Assembly: GCA_043767985.1 (NCBI GenBank)
Contig: JAYVKZ010000324.1
Location: forward strand, 17,083-81,082
DNA: 64,000 nt
Source of the DNA: Betaproteobacteria bacterium
GTDB lineage: Bacteria; Pseudomonadota; Gammaproteobacteria; Burkholderiales; Burkholderiaceae_E
Direction: 5' to 3'
This document shows, piece after piece, positions 46,301 through 55,212 of the stretch; positions within the stretch are counted from its first letter, which is position 1, and each line of letters begins with the position of its first letter. Position numbers and translations under genes: made by a program. Below the pieces are notes generated by a model. The model had not been told where the DNA came from, made no database searches, and saw nothing but the letters and a program-made list of their open reading frames with translations.

Positions 46301-48097
46301 ATGTCTGCTGTGCTTGAGCCAAGCCTTACGGCACCCACCCCCAAACCCGGGGCGAATGCTTCCGGTAAACGCCGACCGCTGGGTCAGTCTCTGATCGAAC
46401 GCGGCTTACTCACTGACGACCAGCTACGCATCGCCTTGATGGAGCAAAAAGCTCAAGGTATCCCCCTCGGTAAGGTCTTGGTCAGCATGGGGTTTCTGAC
46501 CGAGGCGACGCTGCGCGAGATGCTGGCAGAGAATCTTGGACACCGGGAAATTGATCTGTCTCGTCTCGTCCCCAATCCGACGGCAATGCGTCTTGTGACT
46601 CGGGATTTTGCAAAACGCCATCTCGTCTTTCCAGTGAGCGTGGACGACGAGGAAGGCATATTGACCCTGGCCTTATCGAACCCGAACGATGTTATGGCGC
46701 TCGATAAGATCAGCGCCGATCTTGAGGGACGCTACAAACTTGTGGTGTGTATTGCCACCGAGGGAGAAGTCTCCGGAGCGATTGATCTTCATTATGGCCA
46801 TGAGCTATCGATTGACGGCATCCTGAATGAGATTGAGACGGGCGAGCTAGATTTGGGCAGCCTTGACACGGGCGGAAACGAATACAGCGGCCCGGTCATA
46901 CGGTTGATCGACGCGATTTTGACCGATGCGATCCAACGCCGCACCAGTGACATTCACTTCGAACCTGAGGCAGGCTTCGTTCGCATTCGCTACCGGGTGG
47001 ACGGCGTGTTACGACAGATTCGCGCCCTCCACGCGAAGTTTTGGCCGTCCATGGCGGTGCGCCTGAAGATCGTAGCGGGGATGAACATTGCCGAAACCCG
47101 TGCACCTCAGGACGGACGAATTTCCTTGCTTGTGAATGGTCGACCAATTGATTTTCGAGCAGCGGCACATCCAACCATTCACGGCGAAAATTTTGTACTA
47201 CGAATTTTGGATCGTAACAGTGGCATGGTCGCTCTAGAAAAGATGGATCTGCTCGATGCCCAGATCGACGCCATTGAGATGATGATTGCCCGACCCGAAG
47301 GAATGGTCTTGGTGACGGGACCCACCGGCAGCGGCAAAACGACCACCTTGTACTCGATTCTCGCCCGGCTGAACAAAGAGGGCGTCAACATCATGACACT
47401 CGAGGACCCGGTGGAGTATCCCTTGCCAATGGTGCGTCAAAGCAACCTCGCCTCCAGTACCAAGCTTGATTTTTCGGGCGGCATCCGTTCGCTTATGCGT
47501 CAGGACCCCGACATCATTCTGGTCGGTGAGATCCGCGACGCTGACACCGCGACCCAGGCCCTGCGCGCCGCGATGACCGGTCATTTAGTGTTTTCTACAT
47601 TACACACAAACTCCGCGATTGGCGCGATTCCCCGCCTACAAGACCTCGGTCTCACCGCCGAATTGATGGCAGGCGCGCTCATTGGTGTGGTAGGCCAGAG
47701 ATTAGTCAGAAAGCTCTGTACGCATTGCAAAAAGCCAATGGAGATCGACCGAGAGACAGCGCTCGCGCTTCACATGCCCGAAGACAAGCCTGCCGTGCTC
47801 TTCCAGTCCGAGGGCTGTGTTCACTGTGATTATCAGGGCTACAAGGGACGACTGGGCTTACTTGAAGTGTTGCGCTTCGATGAGGAGCTTGACGACCTTG
47901 TTGCTCGCAGGACACCCTTGCGAGAGATTCTTAGAGCAGCGCGAAAAAAAGGCTTCACCACGCTTGCCGATGATGCGTTACGCCGAGTGATCGCCGGCCA
48001 GACCTCGCTTGAAGAAGCGGCTCGGGTGGTCGACCTCACCAACATCAGCTCCTTGGTTCGCGAGGGATCCAATGAGACCACGGCGAGCCCAGCATGA
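46301..48097 (+). CDS. mshE: GspE/PilB-family extension ATPase with MshEN-type N-terminal domain (MshE-like)
   Basis: Tandem MshEN motifs at aa 26-78, Walker A GPTGSGKTTT, Asp/His boxes and the tetracysteine CTHCK...CVHCDYQGYKGR. The ORF extension from 46136 overlaps the upstream gene. Confidence 0.92.
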   Translation: MSAVLEPSLTAPTPKPGANASGKRRPLGQSLIERGLLTDDQLRIALMEQKAQGIPLGKVLVSMGFLTEATLREMLAENLGHREIDLSRLVPNPTAMRLVTRDFAKRHLVFPVSVDDEEGILTLALSNPNDVMALDKISADLEGRYKLVVCIATEGEVSGAIDLHYGHELSIDGILNEIETGELDLGSLDTGGNEYSGPVIRLIDAILTDAIQRRTSDIHFEPEAGFVRIRYRVDGVLRQIRALHAKFWPSMAVRLKIVAGMNIAETRAPQDGRISLLVNGRPIDFRAAAHPTIHGENFVLRILDRNSGMVALEKMDLLDAQIDAIEMMIARPEGMVLVTGPTGSGKTTTLYSILARLNKEGVNIMTLEDPVEYPLPMVRQSNLASSTKLDFSGGIRSLMRQDPDIILVGEIRDADTATQALRAAMTGHLVFSTLHTNSAIGAIPRLQDLGLTAELMAGALIGVVGQRLVRKLCTHCKKPMEIDRETALALHMPEDKPAVLFQSEGCVHCDYQGYKGRLGLLEVLRFDEELDDLVARRTPLREILRAARKKGFTTLADDALRRVIAGQTSLEEAARVVDLTNISSLVREGSNETTASPA

Positions 48098-49299
48098 GTG
48101 TTTTTAGTTATCGTGCGATTAACCCAAGCGGTAAAGTCCTCTCCGGTCAAATGCCCGCCAACAATGAGCGCGAACTAGAAGCCCGCCTGAAGAACTCTGG
48201 CATGGAGTTAATTCATGCCAAGCGGCAGAGCGCGAAGCGTTCTCTGCCCGGTGGCGGCGTGCCTAGAAAAGAGTTGATTAACCTGTGTTTCCACATGGAG
48301 CAAACGCTGCGCGGCGGCGTACTTCTCACCGACGCTTTCGCCGACCTCATCGAAGGATTGCAACACCAGAAAATGCGAGACGCCCTGTCGGTCATTCTCC
48401 AGGCTATTCGGGATGGAGCGCCTCTGTCTAATGCGCTGGCTGATTTTCCGGATATCTTCGATGATGTTTTTGTGGGCATGGTAGGTGCGGGAGAGGAGGC
48501 CGGTGCCCTACCCGAAGCCTTCGCAAAACTGGGCGTGGGCCTACGTTGGCGTGATGAACTTTCATCACAAGTTACCAAGATGATGCTGTACCCATGTTTC
48601 ACGATCCTGGTTCTGTTTTCGGTGGCCTTTTTTATGTTGCTGTTTCTCGTGCCGCAACTGGCTGGTTTTATCAAGTCCACCTTGGGCACGATTCCACTAC
48701 AGACCAAAGTGCTGCTGGCACTTTCGGATTTTGTAGTGGCTCACTGGGGAAAGATCATCGCTACGCCACTCTTCGTTGTGGCTAGCTTGTGGGCTATCTT
48801 TCACTGGAGTAGTGAGGCGACTCGTACGAAGTTGGATCGCCTGAAATTTCGGCTACCTCTGGTGGGTGCCGTGATCGAGAAGGTTGCGCTAGCCCGGTTC
48901 GCATCACTTTTTGGCATGTTGTATGCCTCCGGTGTACCCATTTTGCGATCTTTAGAGGTTTGCCAAGCTGCAGCGGGTAATCGACACCTAGCGCAAGGTA
49001 TTCGCGATGTACGCGAAAGAATTATTGGCGGCACGGGGTTATCTCTGGCATTTGAGGCTTCATCCTTGTTTCCAAACTTGGTGCTACGCATGATCCGGAT
49101 TGGCGAGGCGACCGGTGAAATCGACAAATCTCTCGAAAACGTCGGGTATTTTTACAACCGCGAAATTCAAGAAAGGATCGGCAAGATCCAGGCCATGATC
49201 GAACCCATGTTGACGGTTGCTCTCGGAGTTCTATTGGGCTGGCTAATGATGGCGGTTCTAGGGCCGATCTACGACATCTTAGGAAAGTTGAAAATCTAA
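48094..49299 (+). CDS. mshG: GspF/PilC-family platform protein (MshG-like)
   Basis: 401 aa with two T2SSF repeats and 3 TM segments. ATGA overlap with the ATPase gene. Confidence 0.9.
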   Translation: MSVFSYRAINPSGKVLSGQMPANNERELEARLKNSGMELIHAKRQSAKRSLPGGGVPRKELINLCFHMEQTLRGGVLLTDAFADLIEGLQHQKMRDALSVILQAIRDGAPLSNALADFPDIFDDVFVGMVGAGEEAGALPEAFAKLGVGLRWRDELSSQVTKMMLYPCFTILVLFSVAFFMLLFLVPQLAGFIKSTLGTIPLQTKVLLALSDFVVAHWGKIIATPLFVVASLWAIFHWSSEATRTKLDRLKFRLPLVGAVIEKVALARFASLFGMLYASGVPILRSLEVCQAAAGNRHLAQGIRDVRERIIGGTGLSLAFEASSLFPNLVLRMIRIGEATGEIDKSLENVGYFYNREIQERIGKIQAMIEPMLTVALGVLLGWLMMAVLGPIYDILGKLKI

Positions 49300-51182
49300 T
49301 GGCTCACACCACTCATTTTCTTTATCTGAGCGCGGCTGGACTTGTTTGTCTGAGTGACGAAGGACGAGGCCTAACTCAAGGCCCTTCGTTTGAGGCCAAC
49401 TTTGAGCTCGACGATCAAGGTCATTCGATACACCATGCGCTATCCCAGTGGCTCATTGAGCACCGACGCAACACCTTTGCCTTGATCGTCGATGTGAGCG
49501 AAGAGGAGTTCGCGATCGAACAGGTCCCAACCCTCGGGAGAAACGACCAGCTCGCAGTCATTCGGCGTAGGCTATCTCAAAAATTTCGAGAGGCCAGGCT
49601 ACAGCAATGGACAGTCTTAAAACAATCCACCGGCAAGTTCTTTTCACGCACAAAAGACACTGATCGTCAGGTTCGGGTCCTGATGAGTGGGGTGGCTCGG
49701 GACAGTGTGATCTATTCGTGGCTACACACGCTCGAACAAAGCAAGATCGCCGTTCGAAGTGTGGTGAGCCCTGCGCTACTCGCGCACCGGTTGATGCTTA
49801 AACAGCTAAAAGGTACGAGTGCGATGATGGTTTCATGGAGCCCTGCGGGCTTGAGACAAACCGTCATTCTTAAGGGAGAGGTTCGCTTCACGCGGCTCGC
49901 TGCGCAACTGCCGTCTGTCGGGATTGCCGCAGTGCAAACAGAATGCCTTCGGACCATCCAGTATTTGCTCATGTCACAGCAAGTCAGTCGTGACGATCTG
50001 CGCACCATTGGGCTACCGATCTGGATTCTCGAGGGGGGTATTGCAGGGCTCGATCATGCACCCGAACGGCTTGCGGTAGACACCTCCGTCGAGCTTCCCT
50101 TGGGCGTCATTCCAGCGATCGCGTCGCTGACGCAGGCCAGCGCCGCGCTAGGTTCGCTAGCTTCGTGGTGTGCGACTGAAAGCTTTCCGTTGGTGCCGGG
50201 CAGCCTACGCCGTGGTTACGCGAGCGAGGCACTTTTGCGAGGCTATCGGGTTCGTCTGTTTGAGCTTTGGTTCTTTCGAACGGGGGCGACAGCCCTTGGC
50301 TGCGCCTTGATTGGTCTCGTCGCAAGCCTCTGTCTCAACGCACTTTGGCCAGCAGACTCCCAAGCGCTTCTACTCAAGACCCAAAAGGCGCTCGCGGCCA
50401 AGGACAAGTTAAAGGTTGAATTGGCCCGGTTCACCCTACCGGGTCCTGAAATGCAGTCTGTTGTCGAGATTGCACACGGCCTTCGTAAGCGACATGTTGA
50501 CGCCTATGCTTTGATGCAAACGCTGTCTGCTGCCGTAGACGCAGAGCAGAACATCGATCTCCATGTGCTTCGTTGGCGACGGCTCGAACCTGCTCAGAGC
50601 ACACAGTGGGCGACCTTTGATTTCACGGGCAAAGGCGAACAAAGCGGTGACGGTACACGCTCTAAAGGCGGCTCGAATCCTTTGTCCCAAGCGCTCTCGA
50701 GCGGGGGGGCGACCCCCTTGGGTTCTGCAGCTTTAGGGTCTGCATCTTTAGGATCGAAATCTTTAGGGTCCGGGACATTCGGCTCCGCGCCGCTAGGCGC
50801 TACGCTGTCGATGCCGACGCCCGGCTCACCTGGCCTTGCAGGCATGTCAGGCCAGCAAGGTCTCGCGAGTCTTGGCCCGGTGGTACTCGAGCTAAAGGGA
50901 TCGCTAAACGGTCAACCCATCATGCAGGAGGCTAACAAGCAAGCTAGACAGTTTGCGCAGCGTATTCGCGATTACTGTCATTGCGAAGTCATTGTGAGCA
51001 CCCTGCCTTTCGATCCCGAAGCCAGCCTTGGGTTTAGCAAGTCGTTCGAAGCGCGTACCGAGAGCGATAAGCAGCCCGCAAGCTTTACGATTCGCGCCCT
51101 GTTTCCCGAGACACCCGATATTTCACAGGTGGTTCAGCGACCTAAATCGGCTCCAACAGAGAAAACTGGGGGGCAAGGGTAG
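49299..51182 (+). CDS. Hypothetical bitopic protein; possibly a fused GspL/PilM-like cytoplasmic domain plus PilN/GspM-like periplasmic domain (MshI position)
   Basis: Coding status is supported by the TAATG junction and operon context. There is a single TM segment (ATALGCALIGLVASLCLNALW) at about aa 330. The functional assignment is from architecture only. Confidence 0.55.
   Translation: MAHTTHFLYLSAAGLVCLSDEGRGLTQGPSFEANFELDDQGHSIHHALSQWLIEHRRNTFALIVDVSEEEFAIEQVPTLGRNDQLAVIRRRLSQKFREARLQQWTVLKQSTGKFFSRTKDTDRQVRVLMSGVARDSVIYSWLHTLEQSKIAVRSVVSPALLAHRLMLKQLKGTSAMMVSWSPAGLRQTVILKGEVRFTRLAAQLPSVGIAAVQTECLRTIQYLLMSQQVSRDDLRTIGLPIWILEGGIAGLDHAPERLAVDTSVELPLGVIPAIASLTQASAALGSLASWCATESFPLVPGSLRRGYASEALLRGYRVRLFELWFFRTGATALGCALIGLVASLCLNALWPADSQALLLKTQKALAAKDKLKVELARFTLPGPEMQSVVEIAHGLRKRHVDAYALMQTLSAAVDAEQNIDLHVLRWRRLEPAQSTQWATFDFTGKGEQSGDGTRSKGGSNPLSQALSSGGATPLGSAALGSASLGSKSLGSGTFGSAPLGATLSMPTPGSPGLAGMSGQQGLASLGPVVLELKGSLNGQPIMQEANKQARQFAQRIRDYCHCEVIVSTLPFDPEASLGFSKSFEARTESDKQPASFTIRALFPETPDISQVVQRPKSAPTEKTGGQG
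50715..50804 (+). repeat. Six in-frame 15-bp tandem units encoding x-L-G-S-x pentapeptides
   Basis: Read directly: PLGSA ALGSA SLGSK SLGSG TFGSA PLGAT. A G7 homopolymer lies at 50703-50709. Confidence 0.85.
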
Positions 51183-51184
51183 CT

Positions 51185-51844
51185 ATGAAAATTTCCAAGT
51201 CGCTCCGATCATTGGCAAAAGACCTACGTCGCTCGATTCTTAAGCTTTTGATCATGGTCTGCTGCGCTACAACGTTATTTGTAGTCGCAATCTCGCAGTA
51301 TCGCGCGCTCTTAAAGGCTCACGACGTCGAGCAATTGAATCTTTCAGCCGTCGAAGCTTCAGTGACTCAACTTCGAGGTGAACTGGACAGCGCTCAGAAG
51401 TTTATCGAGCCCTTTGATGCTTTAAAAGGGAGCGGCGTCTTGAGTCCGTTTGGAAAGCAGAACTCACTCGATCAAGTGGATCGCCTCATGCAAATCGGCT
51501 GGGTGGTACCGAAGTCTTACGCCTTGGCTGCTCAAGCACCTCTTGAAGGTACGCTTGCGACCAAACTTGCTCAACATGTGCCTTTCAAACATAGCCTGAA
51601 GTTTGAAGTGAGTCTACCTCACGAGCTACGACTGCTCCGCTTAATCGATGCGCTCGCTTCAAAGTCATTCTCAGGTCTATCAACGGTGGAATCCTGTGAC
51701 ATGGAACGAAAATCCTCGCACCAGAAGTCTGGCGAGGTGCAAGACCGGGCCTTGACGGCCACATGTACTTTGAACTGGTATCACTTTGTAAGCAAGGCCG
51801 AGACCGTACCAGCCCTAGCAATGACACTAGGAGAGCGTCCTTGA
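51185..51844 (+). CDS. Hypothetical bitopic protein, PilO/GspM/MshJ-like by architecture
   Basis: Basic N-terminus, one TM segment (ILKLLIMVCCATTLFVVAI), coiled-coil stretch and a ~110-aa C-terminal domain. There is a 2-nt gap from the upstream gene. Confidence 0.5.
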   Translation: MKISKSLRSLAKDLRRSILKLLIMVCCATTLFVVAISQYRALLKAHDVEQLNLSAVEASVTQLRGELDSAQKFIEPFDALKGSGVLSPFGKQNSLDQVDRLMQIGWVVPKSYALAAQAPLEGTLATKLAQHVPFKHSLKFEVSLPHELRLLRLIDALASKSFSGLSTVESCDMERKSSHQKSGEVQDRALTATCTLNWYHFVSKAETVPALAMTLGERP

Positions 51845-52188
51845 CTACAGTCACTTGGATAGGATTAGCACGGCGCGCGGTCTTGGTTTACCTTGCGCTG
51901 ATTTCTTCGGTGTCGCATAGTCAAAGTGCGCCTGCACAAAAGCACTATGAACTCGGGCGCCTATTCATGGACCCCGTTCAGCGCGCGCAGATTGACCAGC
52001 CGAGTAAGGCCGTCGCGTCGGGCAGCAACGATGTCGCGCAAATTAATGGCGTCGTGCAACGTAGTGCGGGCCCAACCGTCGTTTGGATCGATGGTGTACC
52101 ACGCCAAGACTGGCCGATCTACGCCAAGCGCTGGGTCAATGGCAAGGCTGAGAACAGACCGAGCGGTCAAGTCAAGGATTCGCCATGA
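51841..52188 (+). CDS. Small exported protein (MshK/PilP-like position)
   Basis: The TTG start overlaps the upstream stop codon (TTGA). Signal peptide AVLVYLALISSVSHS. The INGVVQRSAGPTVVWIDGV motif resembles PilP/MshK cores. The ORF is open from 51763. Confidence 0.45.
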   Translation: MTTVTWIGLARRAVLVYLALISSVSHSQSAPAQKHYELGRLFMDPVQRAQIDQPSKAVASGSNDVAQINGVVQRSAGPTVVWIDGVPRQDWPIYAKRWVNGKAENRPSGQVKDSP

Positions 52189-53642
52189 GAGCCGGTATCA
52201 GAAGGGTTCGTCATTGCAGAGGCGTACTTCGGCAACAGGGCATCGTTTTTTATCTGGTCATCGTCGCGATGGCGGTGTCAATGTCACTGCTCACCTTGGC
52301 CCTGACCGGTATGACTTCGCTCAAAGACTTGCGCGCAGACCAAGCCGATAGAATTTTGCTTGATGCCCGTCGTAGCGTACTGAGCTATCTGGTCAATGTG
52401 GATATTGATCCTTCGGGCCGTCGGCTAGGTGAGTGGCGCTTGTTTGCAGATCTTCCCATCGCCGCGTCCGCTGGCCTCGATGCGACTGAGCCCAACTATG
52501 ACGGAACCGCTGAGATCGCGGGCTGCGCAACACGCACCTGGGCGGTGGGTCAAGCACTCACACCCGTGAGCACTAGCGGTCCAGCAGCACGCTGCTTTGG
52601 TCGACTTCCTTGGCGCTCATTGGGCTTGTCGATTCCAGATGCTGGTGATGATCCCGATGCCTATGTGCCCTGGATTATCGTCTCCCCGAACTTGGCGACC
52701 GTGAGCGCCTGCCAACCGAATTTGCATCCCTCCGCTCTCGGTCAGGCCTATGTCGGCTATCTCTGCCTGGGTGCGATGCCCTATCCGTGGATTAACGTGC
52801 GAGATGAACGAGGCAATCTCATTTCTGATCGCGTAGCGGTTGCCTTGATTCTCCCTGGTAGCCCTTTGCAAGGACAAACCCGCGGTCCGGGGGCGGGACC
52901 CGCCGCCTACCTTGATCGCGTCACGGTCACAGCAGCGTGCCCGGCCCCCTGCCAGCCGGGGACCTACAATAACGCTGATTATGCGCATGCCGACAATCTT
53001 CCCACGACGCTGATTCAAGCCAACGCTGACGCCTCGGCCAGCGAGCGCAAAGGCTTCTATGCCGCGCCCTATTTATTTAACGACCGAGTGGTGTACATCA
53101 CCATTGACGAACTGATGTCCAGGCTCGAGAATCGCGCCCGAATCGAGGTCAAGCGTCGTCTCGAGGCCTTCAAAAGTGCGCGTGGCTACTACCCTAATGC
53201 GGCCGATCTCACTTCCGCGACGGGTCAATGCAATAGCAGTCAGCGTTTCGGTCGCCTGCCGATCGTTCAGGGTAGTTGTCAGGCCGGTGACATTCTGAGC
53301 CTGCCCGCTTGGTTCACGGACGCAGGTTGGCATCGTTACTTCCTTTACTCGGTCTCTGCGCGGTGCAACTTTGGCAATATCGCTTGCACTGCGCCTGGCC
53401 TCACGGTGGGCAGTAACAATGCCGTCAATGCCCTATTGCTAGCGCCGGGCCTGCCTGTGACGAGCCCGCCTTATGTGGTTGCTCGCGCCAATGCACAAGT
53501 CCCGCTCACCGGACAAATCTTGTCTGCTAATCCGGCTGATTACCTCGACTCCATTGAAAACGCTGGAGGTGCCGCGGATGTGTTCGACGCAACTGCGCTA
53601 CAACCCTACCCCAACAATGATCGCCTGGAGACCCTCAATTGA
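52185..53642 (+). CDS. Large pilin-like/GspK-like protein with a non-canonical N-terminal hydrophobic segment
   Basis: QQGIVFYLVIVAMAVSMSLLTLAL has Gly then a hydrophobic helix but no Glu+5. Cys-rich. It carries CFGRLPWRSLGL and FGRLPIVQGSC motifs, shared with the next pilin. ATGA overlap with the upstream gene. Confidence 0.5.
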   Translation: MRAGIRRVRHCRGVLRQQGIVFYLVIVAMAVSMSLLTLALTGMTSLKDLRADQADRILLDARRSVLSYLVNVDIDPSGRRLGEWRLFADLPIAASAGLDATEPNYDGTAEIAGCATRTWAVGQALTPVSTSGPAARCFGRLPWRSLGLSIPDAGDDPDAYVPWIIVSPNLATVSACQPNLHPSALGQAYVGYLCLGAMPYPWINVRDERGNLISDRVAVALILPGSPLQGQTRGPGAGPAAYLDRVTVTAACPAPCQPGTYNNADYAHADNLPTTLIQANADASASERKGFYAAPYLFNDRVVYITIDELMSRLENRARIEVKRRLEAFKSARGYYPNAADLTSATGQCNSSQRFGRLPIVQGSCQAGDILSLPAWFTDAGWHRYFLYSVSARCNFGNIACTAPGLTVGSNNAVNALLLAPGLPVTSPPYVVARANAQVPLTGQILSANPADYLDSIENAGGAADVFDATALQPYPNNDRLETLN

Positions 53643-54442
53643 AACAACGCGGATTTTCTCTCATCGAAATTGCCATCGGACTCATGATCATTGGGCTGAT
53701 CGCCGCCAGCATGATTGCTAGTGTGACCCAACAAAACGAACAACGTCGTATCGCCGAAACCAAGATAACGTTGAGCCTAGCGCGTGACGCCGTCATGGCC
53801 TTTATCACAGGGCAGGGCCGCCTACCTTGCCCAGCGACTGCCGCAAGCAATGGCCAAGAGGCAATCGCAAGCAATCTCGCCGGTGTCGTGAGCTGCACGC
53901 TAGAGGCGGGCTTCTTGCCTGCGGTCACGCTCGGCCTACCAGGCATTGACCCACAGGGTTTCCTGAATAATGCTTGGGCCGACGGCGCAACGGGCGGAGG
54001 GTCTTTCCCGCGAGCGCTTCGCTACGCTGTGAGCAACTTGGCGGCGCCTGTCGCCAATGCTTTGACCTCGCCAGGACTCGGTGCCCCCACCAGTGCCACC
54101 CGCCGCGCCGATGTGCAAGCGGCCATGACAGCGGGGGCCGGACTTTTTGTGTGCGCAAGCGCGAGTGGGCTGAGCGCAGGCGCGAACCGTTGTGGTTCAA
54201 CGGCCAACCTTTTGAGCAATAACGCTGCCGCGATGATTTGGACGCTTGCCGCCAACGGTAACGATATCCCAAGCTATTCGGCAGACGAGCAACAAAACGC
54301 GAACCTTGTGGTGGCACGAGTACTCATCAGCCGAGGGTTTGCACCGAGTGGCGCCATTGGAGGTCGATTTGACGATTTGGTGACCTGGATTCCCGCATCA
54401 CTCGTGATGGACCGACTATTGACCAGTGGAGCTGTGCAATGA
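53639..54442 (+). CDS. Prepilin-type minor pilin (N-terminal cleavage/methylation motif)
   Basis: (M)KQRG|FSLIEIAIGLMIIGLIAA has Gly-1, Phe+1 and Glu+5. The TTG start overlaps the upstream stop codon (TTGA). Confidence 0.8.
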   Translation: MKQRGFSLIEIAIGLMIIGLIAASMIASVTQQNEQRRIAETKITLSLARDAVMAFITGQGRLPCPATAASNGQEAIASNLAGVVSCTLEAGFLPAVTLGLPGIDPQGFLNNAWADGATGGGSFPRALRYAVSNLAAPVANALTSPGLGAPTSATRRADVQAAMTAGAGLFVCASASGLSAGANRCGSTANLLSNNAAAMIWTLAANGNDIPSYSADEQQNANLVVARVLISRGFAPSGAIGGRFDDLVTWIPASLVMDRLLTSGAVQ

Positions 54443-55212
54443 CTATCGCATTTTGGACAATCGTGCGGTTTACCTTGGTCGAAATGCTGAGAAATCGCAG
54501 CGTTTGGCTCTGTCTCGGGGGTGCCTTGGCAGTCGCTTCGGTCGCGGCCTTCGCAGGGGCCTTGGCCCTCACCGAGCACCAAGAGATTGCGATCAATACC
54601 CTCGCCCCACTCACTCGACTGTGCTGTATCGCGATGGTCGCTATGCTGAGCACAACATCGCTAGTTCGGGACCTGCAAGAGAGAACTTGCTTACTCATGC
54701 TGGCCGCGCCCATGTCACGCTGCTCGTGGCTGTTAGGAAAGTGGGCGGGTCTGGCCTTAGCCGCTGCCGTGAGCGCCGTTTTGTTCGCGATTCCGATCCT
54801 AGTTTTGCAAACCAACTTGGGTGGGCTGATATGGACAATGTCGCTAGTCCTCGAAGCTGTTCTCGTGACGGCTCTCGTCGTCGCCGCTGCCCTAAGTTTT
54901 AAGCAGGTGCCCGCCACTCTTTTTGCGACGGCGAGCTTTTACTTGGCGGCCCGTGTCATTGGCTTAGCCAAGCTTTTGAATGATCGTGCGCCCTTAGAAC
55001 TCACTGGTGTACAAACCATGGGTAATACGATCATTGATGGTCTGGCCTTGCTCTTACCAAGACTTGATCTTGTGACCTCAACGACTTGGTTATCATCATC
55101 CGCACCCATGTTCAGTGATCTTGCCCTCGTCGCTGGCCAGGTGGCGCTGTACTGCTCCCTGGCGTTGAGCGCTGCGTCCATCGACTTCACGCGCAAGGAT
55201 CTAACGTCATGA
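54439..55212 (+). CDS. ABC-2-family transporter permease
   Basis: Six predicted TM segments. N-terminal FWTIVRFTLVEMLRNRSVW and DLQERTCLLMLAAPMSRCSWLLGKWAG match the ABC-2 pattern E-x-G-T-x-E-x-L-x-x-x-P-x-S-R-x-x-x-x-x-G-K. ATGA overlaps on both sides. Confidence 0.7.
   Translation: MTIAFWTIVRFTLVEMLRNRSVWLCLGGALAVASVAAFAGALALTEHQEIAINTLAPLTRLCCIAMVAMLSTTSLVRDLQERTCLLMLAAPMSRCSWLLGKWAGLALAAAVSAVLFAIPILVLQTNLGGLIWTMSLVLEAVLVTALVVAAALSFKQVPATLFATASFYLAARVIGLAKLLNDRAPLELTGVQTMGNTIIDGLALLLPRLDLVTSTTWLSSSAPMFSDLALVAGQVALYCSLALSAASIDFTRKDLTS

Noticed and set aside
48213-48707. 164-aa minus-strand ORF inside the GspF-like gene
   Set aside because: It is antisense to a clear T2SS-F family gene, has low-complexity Ser/Arg/Pro composition and no start context.
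54327-54917. 196-aa minus-strand ORF, plus the 158-aa plus-strand alternate frame at 54426-54902, over the ABC-2 permease region
   Set aside because: The frame at 54439-55212 gives six clean TM segments, the ABC-2 motif and ATGA coupling on both sides. The alternatives are Arg/Ser-rich shadow ORFs.
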